NCBI GenBank assembly: GCA_963756875.1 | Contig: CAVWPA010000003.1 | Coordinates: 352,001 to 416,000 of the forward strand | Reading direction: 5' to 3' | From: an uncultured Verrucomicrobiae bacterium | GTDB taxonomy: Bacteria > Verrucomicrobiota > Verrucomicrobiia > Chthoniobacterales > UBA10450 | DNA length: 64,000 bases | Part shown: positions 51,013 through 60,903 of the stretch, one piece after another | Numbering within the stretch: position 1 is the stretch's first letter | How the letters are laid out: each line of letters begins with the position of its first letter | The notes under the pieces: generated by a model | What the model was told of the DNA's origin: nothing | Seen by the model: the letters and a program-made list of their open reading frames with translations, nothing else | The model's database searches: none | Made by a program: the position numbers and the translations under genes

Positions 51013-52433
51013 GCCGTCGCCTGGAGGTGAAATGCGGCTGAACTCACTTTCAGCTTGGCGGGAACCGTGGCGAGATAACTTGCAACGCGTTCCGCCGCCT
51101 CCTGGCCGGAGACAATACAATCGGATACGGAAATCCCTTCGCGATAATGTCCCGCAAAGAATAGTCCGGGAGCGTTGAGCTCAGCTGCGCTCATGAGCCT
51201 CTTAAAGCGAGCGTAGCCGATGTTGTACTGCGGGATCGCCTTTGGAAACGTGACATGATGTTTGAAAGTCAGTTGGCCGGTCACGCCGAGCAGCACGCGC
51301 AAGTCCTCCAGTGTTATCTCGAACAACTCTTCTTCACTTCTCTGGGCCAATTCCGGCGAGCGGGCGCCGCCGAGGTAACTGGTGAGTGTTACGCAGCCGG
51401 CTGGCGCGCGATTTGGGAAAAGTGATGAGGAAAAAATGGTGCCGAGAATCCGGAACCCCTCCCCGCGCGGCACGAGCATGCCGAAACCATCCAGCGGATG
51501 CGCAACATCCTCGCGGCGGAATCCGAGAACGACACTGGCAACCGGCGGATAACGAATATCCGCCAGCGCGGCGAGATCGATGGAACGTCGCGATTGGATC
51601 TCAATTTTTGAAAGCCCGAAGGCGGGGGCCGCATACACGATCGCCGAATGCTCCGCGATTTCATTCATTCCCGAACTCACGCTCCAGCCATCACCGTTCT
51701 CGGTCAGTTTTGTCACCGGCGAAAGCAGGCGCACGTCGCGAGTCATCTTCGCGCGCAGAGTGTCGGGAAGGACCTGCAAACCCTCGTCAAAGGAGAATTT
51801 CTTCGCATTCGGTTTGGCCACCTCGTCCCGGTCTTTGCGCTCGCGCGCGCCCAGCACCTGGCCCTTAATCAGCGATCCGTATTTTTGTTCGAGCGCGTAT
51901 AATTTGGGAAAGGCTTGTTGGACCGAAAGCTTCTGCGGGTCGCCCGCGTAAATGCCGCCGACAAGCGCGTCGATGGCGCGATCGAGAAATTCCGCGCCCA
52001 ATCGGCGTCGAACAAATTCCGCTACGCTCTCTTCGCGGGTTTGATCCCCCGGCAGGATGAACGGCTCGAGAAGCAAACGCAGCTTCGCCGCCGGGGAGAA
52101 AAGCGGAGTCAGAATGAAACCGAGCGGCGAGCCCGGCATTTTTCTGAGACGCTTGCCGCGAACCAGATAGCGATTTTTCGCGGCCGGATGCGAGTAAAGT
52201 CGTCGCCCTGCCAAACCAAGATCTTCGACCAATGCCGCCACCTTTGGCGATGTTTCCAGAATCGTGTTCGGGCCGAACTCCGCCAGATAACCATCGCGAC
52301 GGACCGATTGAATCGCGCCGCCGACTCGATCGCCCGCTTCGTAGAGCGTCACGGGAATATTCTTTTGCTGAAGTTGAAACGCCGCTGTTAACCCGGTAAT
52401 CCCTCCGCCGATGATAGCGACCGGCGGTTTCAT
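51009..52433 (-). CDS. hemY: HemY-type flavin protoporphyrinogen oxidase
   Basis: IIGGGITGL, EFGPNT, GIYAGDP, GFGMLVP, AIPQY; ATGA overlaps on both sides. Confidence 0.92.
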   Translation of the reverse strand: MKPPVAIIGGGITGLTAAFQLQQKNIPVTLYEAGDRVGGAIQSVRRDGYLAEFGPNTILETSPKVAALVEDLGLAGRRLYSHPAAKNRYLVRGKRLRKMPGSPLGFILTPLFSPAAKLRLLLEPFILPGDQTREESVAEFVRRRLGAEFLDRAIDALVGGIYAGDPQKLSVQQAFPKLYALEQKYGSLIKGQVLGARERKDRDEVAKPNAKKFSFDEGLQVLPDTLRAKMTRDVRLLSPVTKLTENGDGWSVSSGMNEIAEHSAIVYAAPAFGLSKIEIQSRRSIDLAALADIRYPPVASVVLGFRREDVAHPLDGFGMLVPRGEGFRILGTIFSSSLFPNRAPAGCVTLTSYLGGARSPELAQRSEEELFEITLEDLRVLLGVTGQLTFKHHVTFPKAIPQYNIGYARFKRLMSAAELNAPGLFFAGHYREGISVSDCIVSGQEAAERVASYLATVPAKLKVSSAAFHLQATA

Positions 52434-53803
52434 ACCGTTTTCGAAAAGCGATCCTGCTTTCGCAATGGCAGATACGCGTCGAAACGCATGGCAATGTTTC
52501 GAATGAGCAGCCGGCCCAGGTCGGTCACGATCAAGCCGTTGGGAGTTTTGATCACCAATCCGTCGGCCTCGAGGTCGTCCAGAGAATCTAACTCGGCTGA
52601 GAAATAATCCGCGAAATCGAGATCGAGCGCCGCGGACATTGCCGCGTAGTCCAACTCCAGGTCGCACATCAGACGCATGATGGTTTGCCGGCGAACACGG
52701 TCGTCGGCGGTAAGGACGTAGCCTTTGGTCACCGGAAGTTTTCCTTCGTCGAGCGCCGCGTAATAAGCGGGCAATTCCTTGAGGTTCTGCCAATACAAGC
52801 CGTCGGTCTGGGAGATGGAGGACATGCCAAACGCGTAGATGTCCGTGCCGGCGCGCGTGCTGTAGCCCTGGAAATTTCGCTGCAAGGTCTTTTGCCGTTG
52901 CGCCTCGGCAAGCTCGTCCCCGGTCCGCGCGAAATGATCCATCCCGATGTAAACGTAGTCTTCGGAGGTCAGCTTTTCGATGGTGAGCTTGAGCAGTTCC
53001 AGTTTCGTCTCCGGCGACGGCAATGCTTCCGCTTGCAGAATTCGTTGGGCCGGCTTCATCCAGGGCACGTGCGCATAATTGAAAACGGCGAAGCGATCGG
53101 GCCGAAGCTCGAGCACTTCATCCAAAGTTCTGGCGAACGAGCCGGGCGTTTGGCAGGGCAGCCCGTAAATCAAATCGATATTAAGGGAAGAGAAGCCCGC
53201 GTCGCGGATCCAATCGACGACCGTTTTTGTCAGCGCGAACGGCTGAATCCGATGAACGGATTGTTGCACGACCGGGTCGTTGTCCTGCACACCAATGGAG
53301 GCGCGGTTAAATCCAATTTCGCGCAACGCGCTCAAATGTTCGCGGGTCAATTCGCGCGGATCGATTTCCACCGCGGCCTCGGCGTCCGGCGCGAGCGCGA
53401 ACCGGGAATGGATCATCTTTCCGAGCGCGCGAATTTCATCCGGCTTCAAAAAAGTGGGCGTGCCGCCGCCAAAATGGAGTTGAACAACTTTTCGCTTTGG
53501 ATTCAGCAGCGGCGCGATCAAAGCCAGTTCTTTTTCGAGATAATCCAGATACTTCGCGCTCTGGCCCTGTTGCGTTGTGATTACCGTGGTGCAGCCGCAA
53601 TACCAGCAAAGGGAACGGCAAAACGGCAGATGAAAATAAAGCGAAAGATCCCGTTCGGTTTGGTTATTTTCGCGGACCTTGCCCAGCAAGGTGTCGGTGG
53701 AGAAATGTCCGGCGAATTGCGTTGCCGGCGGATACGATGTGTAGCGCGGGCCCGGTACATTATATTTTTTAATGAGTTCGAGATCGACGTGCATTGGATT
53801 CAT
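52430..53803 (-). CDS. hemN: Oxygen-independent coproporphyrinogen III oxidase (radical SAM)
   Basis: GPRYTSYP, CRSLCWYCGC, GGGTPT, IGMDHF, RNFQGY. Confidence 0.96.
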   Translation of the reverse strand: MNPMHVDLELIKKYNVPGPRYTSYPPATQFAGHFSTDTLLGKVRENNQTERDLSLYFHLPFCRSLCWYCGCTTVITTQQGQSAKYLDYLEKELALIAPLLNPKRKVVQLHFGGGTPTFLKPDEIRALGKMIHSRFALAPDAEAAVEIDPRELTREHLSALREIGFNRASIGVQDNDPVVQQSVHRIQPFALTKTVVDWIRDAGFSSLNIDLIYGLPCQTPGSFARTLDEVLELRPDRFAVFNYAHVPWMKPAQRILQAEALPSPETKLELLKLTIEKLTSEDYVYIGMDHFARTGDELAEAQRQKTLQRNFQGYSTRAGTDIYAFGMSSISQTDGLYWQNLKELPAYYAALDEGKLPVTKGYVLTADDRVRRQTIMRLMCDLELDYAAMSAALDLDFADYFSAELDSLDDLEADGLVIKTPNGLIVTDLGRLLIRNIAMRFDAYLPLRKQDRFSKTV

Positions 53804-54915
53804 TGAAAGTTCCGGACCGTGGCAACGAGGCTTTCAATGCATTCCAGTCTGGCGGTCGGCGGCACGCCATGGCCAAGATTAAAGATGTAACCATTGCGTC
53901 CGCGCATTTCGGAAAGCAGACGTCTCGTCGCCACGGCGGTTTCTCCCGGCGTGGTGTTCACCAATAAAGATGGATTCAAATTGCCTTGAATACCGACGTT
54001 GTTCGGCAGGCGGTGGCGCAGATCGCCGAGGCGGACGTTCCAATCGACGCTCAGCACATTGGCGCCGCTGGCTACCAGCTCAGTCCAGCTGGAATTCGCG
54101 CCCTTGGAAAAGACGATCACCGGCACCTGGCCGGCGAGATTGGCAATGATTCGCCCGATCCAACGGCCGGAAAGCGCATCGAAGTATCTCGCAGGCGCGA
54201 AACCGCCGTGGCTGTCGAAGATCTGGATGGCGTCGACCCCGGCGTCGATTTGCATTTGGAGGAACATCGTCACGGCCTCGGTCAGTTTTTCGCAGAGGGA
54301 ATCGAAGAGGCCGCGATCGGTGCAAAATAGTTCGTAGCCTTTGGTGTGATAGGTCGCGCTGCCGCCTTCCAACATGAAATTGGCCAGCGTCCACGGTGAC
54401 CCCGCGAAACCGAGCAACGCTGTCCGGCCCCGGAGCGCATTCTTGATCAGCGGCAACGCTTCCGCCACGTACTGGAGACGTTCAACGACGGCGTTTGTTG
54501 CCAGCCGATTAATTTCCTCGGCCGTGCGCAAATTGAATTCCATTCGAATCCCGCCGCTGTCGCGAAACTGGTATCCCTGGCCCAGCGCTTCGGACACAAC
54601 AAGAATGTCGCTAAACAAAATGGCCGCATCGAAACCGAAGCGCCGGATTGGCTGCAGAGTCACTTCGGTTGCCAGTTCCGGCGTCCGAACCAGTTCGAGG
54701 AAGGAGAATTTTTCCTTTAATGCGCGGTACTCCGGCAGAACGCGGCCAGCCTGTCGCATCAACCAGACCGGCGGATGATCGACAGGGCGGCCAAGGCAGG
54801 CGTTCCGGAATCGCTCACGATTGGTCAGTCCGGGGCCGCCAGTCTCTTGGGAATCGCCGTCTCGACTTCGCGCGTTCTTCGTGCGCGACGGTGGCTGGAT
54901 CGCTATGGGATGCAT
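53800..54915 (-). CDS. hemE: Uroporphyrinogen decarboxylase
   Basis: PVWLMRQAGR, FSDIL, GFAGSPWTL, QIFDS, FNLGHGV. Confidence 0.96.
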   Translation of the reverse strand: MHPIAIQPPSRTKNARSRDGDSQETGGPGLTNRERFRNACLGRPVDHPPVWLMRQAGRVLPEYRALKEKFSFLELVRTPELATEVTLQPIRRFGFDAAILFSDILVVSEALGQGYQFRDSGGIRMEFNLRTAEEINRLATNAVVERLQYVAEALPLIKNALRGRTALLGFAGSPWTLANFMLEGGSATYHTKGYELFCTDRGLFDSLCEKLTEAVTMFLQMQIDAGVDAIQIFDSHGGFAPARYFDALSGRWIGRIIANLAGQVPVIVFSKGANSSWTELVASGANVLSVDWNVRLGDLRHRLPNNVGIQGNLNPSLLVNTTPGETAVATRRLLSEMRGRNGYIFNLGHGVPPTARLECIESLVATVRNFQ

Positions 54916-55030
54916 CGAAATTCTGCGTTGAGGCTAAACGCTTCTACGGTGTTTTGATTTGCCGTTTTTGCGGAATGTTGGGCGTTTCTTGCGCCTTGCG
55001 CCGCCGCTTCCGTTCACCCCAGGAGCCGGG

Positions 55031-57460
55031 TTATTGCTCCTGCACGTACGCCCGAATCGCTTCGAATTGACTGGCGCCGTCCAAACCGGCCTCAGTCATC
55101 ACCATTCCCCCGGGGCCGCTTCCGAGAAAATGTCCGTGCCGGAACGGATGGAGCGAATGCTTACGGCCATAATCGGAACGCACCCAGCGCGTCATGGTTG
55201 CGAACGTGAAATCGGTAATGCCCATCGCTTTCTGTTGATGCGACTCCGGGAAAATCCGTTCGCGCTCGACCGCCGGTAACATGTCGAACAACTCGGACGA
55301 CACGACGACGTAGACATTGAGATCGAGTTTGGCCCGATCGATCAGCGGCAGCGTTTGGGTCAGGAACGCATTGGTAACGCCGGTGCCCTGCAAAACAATT
55401 GTCTGTTGTGACCGGCCGCGCGCGCCGCGCAACCGGTAGATACCCTGCGCAGCCGCAGTCACCGGCGGCAGTCCCAGCGCAGCGCGATCGAGAATCATTT
55501 CCGGTGGACGGGTGACAAACGGCGCGATGATCGCCGGGCGCTTTGCGAGCGCAGTCGAAACGAGAAACCAGATCTCCTGCGGGTCCCATGGCGTCAGCGT
55601 GATCATTGTGCCGAGAGGAAAATTATCCTGAAGCAACTGCAACGATTGCGGATCGGCGTGAGTCGGGCCGTCCTCGCCGGTTTTCAAGCCGGCATGCGCG
55701 CAAACCAGGAAGAACGGGCGGAAGGAGCCGCCTTCCAGCGCCACGCGCGCCTGGTTGCCGATCGCGTGGAGTCGCGCGGCAATGTGACCGAGCGGCGCGC
55801 TGAACGCGCCGTACGACGCCCCGGCGCCAATGTGCGTGCCGAATGCGCTGATGCCCGAGAGCATCGCCATCATTGCGTCTTCACAAATTCCGCCAATGGC
55901 GAGTTCTCGCGCACGGGGATTGGTGTGGCGATTGTAAAAGCCATTAGGGAACTGGTCGTTCGCCTTGTTAATGCTTGTCGACCCGAGCAGGTCGGCCGCG
56001 GCCACGACGAACGCGCCGCCGGTCGTGACGTTGTAATGATTTAACACCCGGCCCAGTTGCTCCCGCAACGTCGCCTTCGTGCCGGGTTTGAGCGCCAGCT
56101 CGGGTGGAGGCGGTGCGTCGCCGGCGCCCTGCGCGACGACGTAGGTGACATCAATAAATGGCCGATCCGGCGAGGGTTTGCGTTCCCGAATATTCAGCCG
56201 GGTCTGCGCCGCGCGCAGTTGCGCAGCCAGCGCATCAACCGTCGACCGCCGTTCTTCCAGCGCCTGGCGAATGATGCTTAGCGTTTTCCAATAACATTCT
56301 TCAACGATTGTTGCGTCCGTGCCGCCGTTGCAGCGTTGTTTGTCAGCGTCGCAGCACGGCAGGTGGACTTCGTTCTTCGGAAGCAACGGCGCGACCGCCG
56401 CGAAGAATCCGCTGGAACAAAGAGCGTGCCCGCCCCCATGGGAAGCGCGTCCTTCGATCCCATATTGCCAGCCTTTGACCGTGCGATAAACAATCGCGGT
56501 TGGTTGACCGGTGTGAAGATCCAGCGCCAGCCGTTGCGCGGCTGTGATTTGCTGCCAATCGAAACCATCCGGCACGAAGATCACGTTCCAATCGTGCAAA
56601 TAAGCCAGCTCGGCCGGTGTCCATTGCACATATTCACCCGGCGTTTCGCCATCCCGGCAGACGCGGTTGGAATCGATGGAGGCCTGGTTCCAGTCGACGT
56701 GGAGAATGACGTTATCAAGCGACGCCGTCCCGGCCGCGGCGAAGGCCTCCGCTACCCGGCCGGGGGTCATTCCGCCCTCCCCCTCTATAATATGTACGTG
56801 CGGGGCGTCCTCCCCGTAAAAGTCGGCCGCCGCCCACCCCAATCCGCACGAGGCGGGGACACCGACGCCGGACGCACCCGTGGAGAGGCGTACAAAAGGA
56901 GTGGCCGGCGTCGGATGTCCGTCCAGCGGTTTTGCGCGGAACTTTTTGAACAACGGAGTCGTGGAAACGGGGTTGCGCCGAAAACCGAGCAGATCTTCGA
57001 GTCGCAATTGGAATTTCTCGTTGGCCGGCAACAGATCGGGTGCGGCGATCCGTGCGATCTCGTTTCGCAACGCCCACATCGCATAAAGGCCGAGCGCTTT
57101 GTGCCCGGCGGCATAGGAAATAATGTCGGCATCGTTCCGGTTCGGCTTTGACAGATCGTAATCCATTATGTCGAACAGCAATCGCGCGACGAACCGGCCG
57201 GAGGAAATCGAGCCGCCGGGATGCCCGGACATCGGGACGTAATTGAACATCACGGCGCAGAGTGTGCGGTAAAGGAGATCGAACGTTTCGCAATGCGCGA
57301 CTGTCGCTGCATTGAGAGGGGCTCCGGCTTCGGCGACGTAATCGGCGGCGTTAATAAAAACGCCACGACGTGGACCGAACGACATGATCTGCCGCCGGGA
57401 ATCTGTTTCAATCGGCTTTTGAGGACGGGCCGGCTTTGTTTGTATGGAATCGAGGTTCAT
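55031..57460 (-). CDS. Atypical transketolase-like ThDP enzyme
   Basis: SGHPGG, AGHK, DGHP, GEGGMTPG...DWN, GICEDAM, GEDGPTH. Confidence 0.82.
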   Translation of the reverse strand: MNLDSIQTKPARPQKPIETDSRRQIMSFGPRRGVFINAADYVAEAGAPLNAATVAHCETFDLLYRTLCAVMFNYVPMSGHPGGSISSGRFVARLLFDIMDYDLSKPNRNDADIISYAAGHKALGLYAMWALRNEIARIAAPDLLPANEKFQLRLEDLLGFRRNPVSTTPLFKKFRAKPLDGHPTPATPFVRLSTGASGVGVPASCGLGWAAADFYGEDAPHVHIIEGEGGMTPGRVAEAFAAAGTASLDNVILHVDWNQASIDSNRVCRDGETPGEYVQWTPAELAYLHDWNVIFVPDGFDWQQITAAQRLALDLHTGQPTAIVYRTVKGWQYGIEGRASHGGGHALCSSGFFAAVAPLLPKNEVHLPCCDADKQRCNGGTDATIVEECYWKTLSIIRQALEERRSTVDALAAQLRAAQTRLNIRERKPSPDRPFIDVTYVVAQGAGDAPPPPELALKPGTKATLREQLGRVLNHYNVTTGGAFVVAAADLLGSTSINKANDQFPNGFYNRHTNPRARELAIGGICEDAMMAMLSGISAFGTHIGAGASYGAFSAPLGHIAARLHAIGNQARVALEGGSFRPFFLVCAHAGLKTGEDGPTHADPQSLQLLQDNFPLGTMITLTPWDPQEIWFLVSTALAKRPAIIAPFVTRPPEMILDRAALGLPPVTAAAQGIYRLRGARGRSQQTIVLQGTGVTNAFLTQTLPLIDRAKLDLNVYVVVSSELFDMLPAVERERIFPESHQQKAMGITDFTFATMTRWVRSDYGRKHSLHPFRHGHFLGSGPGGMVMTEAGLDGASQFEAIRAYVQEQ

Positions 57461-57666
57461 CTGTTATCTCCAGGTTGACGAGCGAACCGCAGCGAGCGTG
57501 ACACGGAGCGTATAGCCATCGGCTCGGGAACGGTGTCTCTGTAAGATTTTCGGGCGACACGCCGCGCCACGATCATGTTAAATTGAAACGCCACTCGCAC
57601 AGTGGCGCTCTCCGTCTCTTGACAATCACTGGTCAAATCTTGCTGGCTTCCCGGCGGTGGCTGCAA

Positions 57667-57693
57667 AACTTGACTGCTTAAAGCAGTCAAGTT
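57667..57693 (-). terminator. Perfect inverted repeat; putative intrinsic terminator or operator
   Basis: AACTTGACTGCTT-A-AAGCAGTCAAGTT; on the - strand the stem ends in a short T run. Confidence 0.6.
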
Positions 57694-57736
57694 GCATAGC
57701 GATTGTCAATGACTACCGGGAAACGATCCGGCCGCG

Positions 57737-58594
57737 TCAGCTCCTGTTCGTTAGGCTGGAAAGAACCAGGCGGCGGGCGATTTCGCGCAGGTAACTTCGG
57801 CCGCGACGCGCGTTTGCCATGGTCACGGCTGGATCATTGTTGCCGGCCATCTCAAGAATCAATGCCCCGCGAAAGCGGGCCTCGATCAGGTCGCTCATGA
57901 ATTTCTGCCAATCGATTTTTCCGTCCCCGGGCGGCCAGTGATTATCTTCTCTTCCGGCATTGTCATGTGCGTGAATCATGCGCAAATGGCCGGCGAGTTT
58001 ATGCACAAGGCTGTGCATGTCACCGGCGAGAAAGGCGTGACCGGTATCGAGACAGACGCCGACCTCGGCGGTGTTGATCCCGTCCAGGATCCACAGGATA
58101 TCGCTCGTATTTCCGAAGAGCAGATGCGGCAATTTGTTTTCGAGCACGCACATAATGCCAAGTTCCCGGCAATGTCGCGCGACCTGGTTCAAGGAATCGA
58201 CCACGTGTTGCATGTGCGGCAGTTGTTCGACTTGCGGTATGGCAGCGGGATTTTCCGGCCCGGGATGAAGCACAAAGTAGTGCACGCGCAAAAGTGCGGC
58301 TGCTTCCGCCGCCTGAAAAATTTCCGCAACAGACGCCGTCCGCTGCGCCGGATCGGAAGAGGCAATGTCGATGTCGGGGGCGAACGGAGCGTGGAATGAG
58401 TAGGCCTCCATGCCGAGTTCGTTGATTCGCTCCGCCGCGCGCTTCACCGATTTCAAATCACGAAAGTGAAGGTGCTCGGGTGTGGAGCAGATCTCGATCA
58501 TGCTGAAGCCGCTCTCGCGGATCAGCGGCAGACATTCAAGAATGCTTTGATGATAGAAGCAGCCGGTTGAAAGGCCGATGGGCCAGCTTGTCAT
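57737..58594 (-). CDS. Sugar phosphate isomerase/epimerase (xylose isomerase-like / AP_endonuc_2 TIM barrel)
   Basis: SFHAPF, VLHPG, VLEN, CLDTGH, IHAHDN, HWPPGDGKIDW, ILE. Confidence 0.9.
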   Translation of the reverse strand: MTSWPIGLSTGCFYHQSILECLPLIRESGFSMIEICSTPEHLHFRDLKSVKRAAERINELGMEAYSFHAPFAPDIDIASSDPAQRTASVAEIFQAAEAAALLRVHYFVLHPGPENPAAIPQVEQLPHMQHVVDSLNQVARHCRELGIMCVLENKLPHLLFGNTSDILWILDGINTAEVGVCLDTGHAFLAGDMHSLVHKLAGHLRMIHAHDNAGREDNHWPPGDGKIDWQKFMSDLIEARFRGALILEMAGNNDPAVTMANARRGRSYLREIARRLVLSSLTNRS

Positions 58595-59993
58595 GCGCTC
58601 TCCTTTCCATGGCCGATTTTCTGAAATCTCGAAGGTCCATTCCGCATTCTGCGACGGTGCAGGTCCCCTGTTCCTGGGCCGAAACGCAATTGAAATCGAC
58701 CAGGTCGTCCGTGCCGTCGACGAATAGACCGGTGAAAACACGTGTGTAAAAATCGGCGCGCGTAGCCGGATCGACATCAACGAATTGCGTCCAGTTGAAG
58801 TCGCGTTGGTATTTCGAACAAATCAAGCCGGCGATGTGGCGCGGATGCCAACCGAGCGCAAGCATCACGCGGACAACCTGGCGAATGAATGTCGGCCGCA
58901 GCAGCATATCGTTCGGCTGCTCGAGCGCGGCGCGCACACAGGCCGGAAGAATTTCCAAAGGTTCCCGGTCGTAGGTCTCGGGCCAAAGTTCTGCCGGATG
59001 CTGCTCCTGCGAATAGAACCATGCGTGGACCTTTGCCAGCTTCGACTTCTGGTAATCGGCCAGCAATTTGCCGGTGCCACGCGCGCTGTCAGGAATTCTG
59101 GTTGAGCTGCGCGCCGCCAGTTCACCCGCCAACACAGGATCACGCATCGTGGAAATTCCCTGTCGCCAATCGATTCCCTGCAATGGAATCACGAAAACCG
59201 GTTGCAAATTATCGAGAAGCTTGGAAGCGAAGGCCCACGGTTGTTGCCATGGCTTGAGGTAAACACTGAATGGCACCCGGAGCATGCGCGAATGCAGGGG
59301 ATCGCCATATTCCGAAATATCGATGGAGATCATCTCCCGCCCGTGTCTGGAGGGGCCAACCTCGATTGCTGTCAGTTCCACGGGAATCTTTGTAAGCGGT
59401 GCTGCGATTCGTTTCACCCGGTGCGCCAGAAACTCCATCACCAGACCAAGGCCGGCGAAGGCGCGGGCGAGTTCGGCCGGCACCGCGCGAATGTTCGGCG
59501 AATGAAGTTCGGCCTCGAGCGCCCACAAGCTCGGCGGCCCGCGCCCGATCTCGGACAGCTTTTTGAACTCGGCCGAGTCCCGGTCGATGCGCCAGACGAA
59601 GTGATGCCCGCGTCCGCTCAGATCGTGCAACGCCTGGATCCCGTATTCATTCAGGAGTCGTTCAATCACTTCTTCGATCGGTTGCTGGATCGCAAAGACG
59701 CGCTCCGGTTCGACAAAAGCCTCCGCCGGATGGTCGAAGTTGACGTATTCAATGTCGAAATCCGCGATCAATGCCCTGCCGTCCCAGAGCGAACGGCAGA
59801 TCTCAAAACCTCCGGCTAAAAGGGAATCCAGCGCCTGCCCCGAATGCAGCTTGAAGGAAAGCGCGTCCGCGCCACTGGCAGTGAGAAATTCGCAGGAGGT
59901 ATCACTTCCGGCCGTCGCTCCGATGAACTCGCGGATGCGGACGCGAACATTCTGATCGCGGTAGTAATGGGTACGTTTCTCAATTGCAGTCAT
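58536..59993 (-). CDS. Hypothetical protein with AEP primase-polymerase-like motifs and a Cys-containing C-terminal domain
   Basis: LIADFDIE, LSGRGHHF, IDISEYGD...RMLRVPFS; C-terminal LPAC...FNCVSAQEQGTCTVAEC. Confidence 0.7.
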   Translation of the reverse strand: MTAIEKRTHYYRDQNVRVRIREFIGATAGSDTSCEFLTASGADALSFKLHSGQALDSLLAGGFEICRSLWDGRALIADFDIEYVNFDHPAEAFVEPERVFAIQQPIEEVIERLLNEYGIQALHDLSGRGHHFVWRIDRDSAEFKKLSEIGRGPPSLWALEAELHSPNIRAVPAELARAFAGLGLVMEFLAHRVKRIAAPLTKIPVELTAIEVGPSRHGREMISIDISEYGDPLHSRMLRVPFSVYLKPWQQPWAFASKLLDNLQPVFVIPLQGIDWRQGISTMRDPVLAGELAARSSTRIPDSARGTGKLLADYQKSKLAKVHAWFYSQEQHPAELWPETYDREPLEILPACVRAALEQPNDMLLRPTFIRQVVRVMLALGWHPRHIAGLICSKYQRDFNWTQFVDVDPATRADFYTRVFTGLFVDGTDDLVDFNCVSAQEQGTCTVAECGMDLRDFRKSAMERRAHDKLAHRPFNRLLLSSKHS

Positions 59994-60348
59994 GCAGGGT
60001 TCTCGTGCCTTTGCGGCATGAACATATAACCAGGCACTTTCCCCGCCTAACCAGCGGTTGTCTTTTGCTGCGCAAATGTTGTGCGCGACGTGGCATCGGC
60101 ATCCCTTGGCGCGCCGAAGCGTTCGCGCGAAGGCGGCTGCTGATTCTGTTTGCGTGGGGTCCGGGCAACTATCCCTTGCGATAAAACGCCCTTTTGACCA
60201 GTGCAGCGGTGCGGCGCTCCGATCCGGTCCGATTTTCTCCGAATCTGGCGAGGCGCGGGGCCGGCTCATCAGTTGTTAATCCGGCGCCGGCTGTCTCGAG
60301 CTGATCCAACGAAGTGGTTCTTTGATCGCTCGACATCAGGATGTGGCG

Positions 60349-60903
60349 TTATTCCTGTGCGTTTCGCTTTCGCACTTCCACGTGCATTCGGCTCATTTTC
60401 TCAAATAAATGTCCCCGTCGCCGAAGCGGCCACCATTCGTACAGGAAGATCTGCATCGGCCGCCACATTGCCACCCAGCCGGCGATGGTCAGGCTTTCAC
60501 GAAACACGATCGACAAAGTTCCTTCATTTCGACGCAACAGGAGCTGGCTAATCAAAAGGCAGAGGCCGAGAAACACCAGGCCGATGATTAAACTGGTCCG
60601 CCCTTCCTTAAGCAGATGGCGGAATTCGAGCCGGTTCAGCTTCGCACGGTACGCAAAGTAGTTGTGAATGGCGACTTCAACCAGGTCCTGGGCGTCGCCA
60701 TGCGGCGGGAGTTCATTCACCTGGACCAGCAACGAAATCGGATCCTTTTTCGGAAATTCCCGCGCCCAACTGACGATGAATTCCTCCGCGTCGTGATCCA
60801 GATCCTTCTCGTGAAATGGAGAGGGATCCATCGAATTAAAGAGCTGCTCGATTCGGTCGACAAAGATTTCGATTCGATGCCGCGGCCTTTTATGCGATTT
60901 CAA
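60349..60903 (-). CDS. Conserved hypothetical membrane protein
   Basis: QLFNSMDPSPFHEKDLD, ESLTIAGWVAMWRP..IFLYEWWP, 2 TMs. Probable TTG start overlapping the upstream stop. Confidence 0.8.
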   Translation of the reverse strand: MKSHKRPRHRIEIFVDRIEQLFNSMDPSPFHEKDLDHDAEEFIVSWAREFPKKDPISLLVQVNELPPHGDAQDLVEVAIHNYFAYRAKLNRLEFRHLLKEGRTSLIIGLVFLGLCLLISQLLLRRNEGTLSIVFRESLTIAGWVAMWRPMQIFLYEWWPLRRRGHLFEKMSRMHVEVRKRNAQE

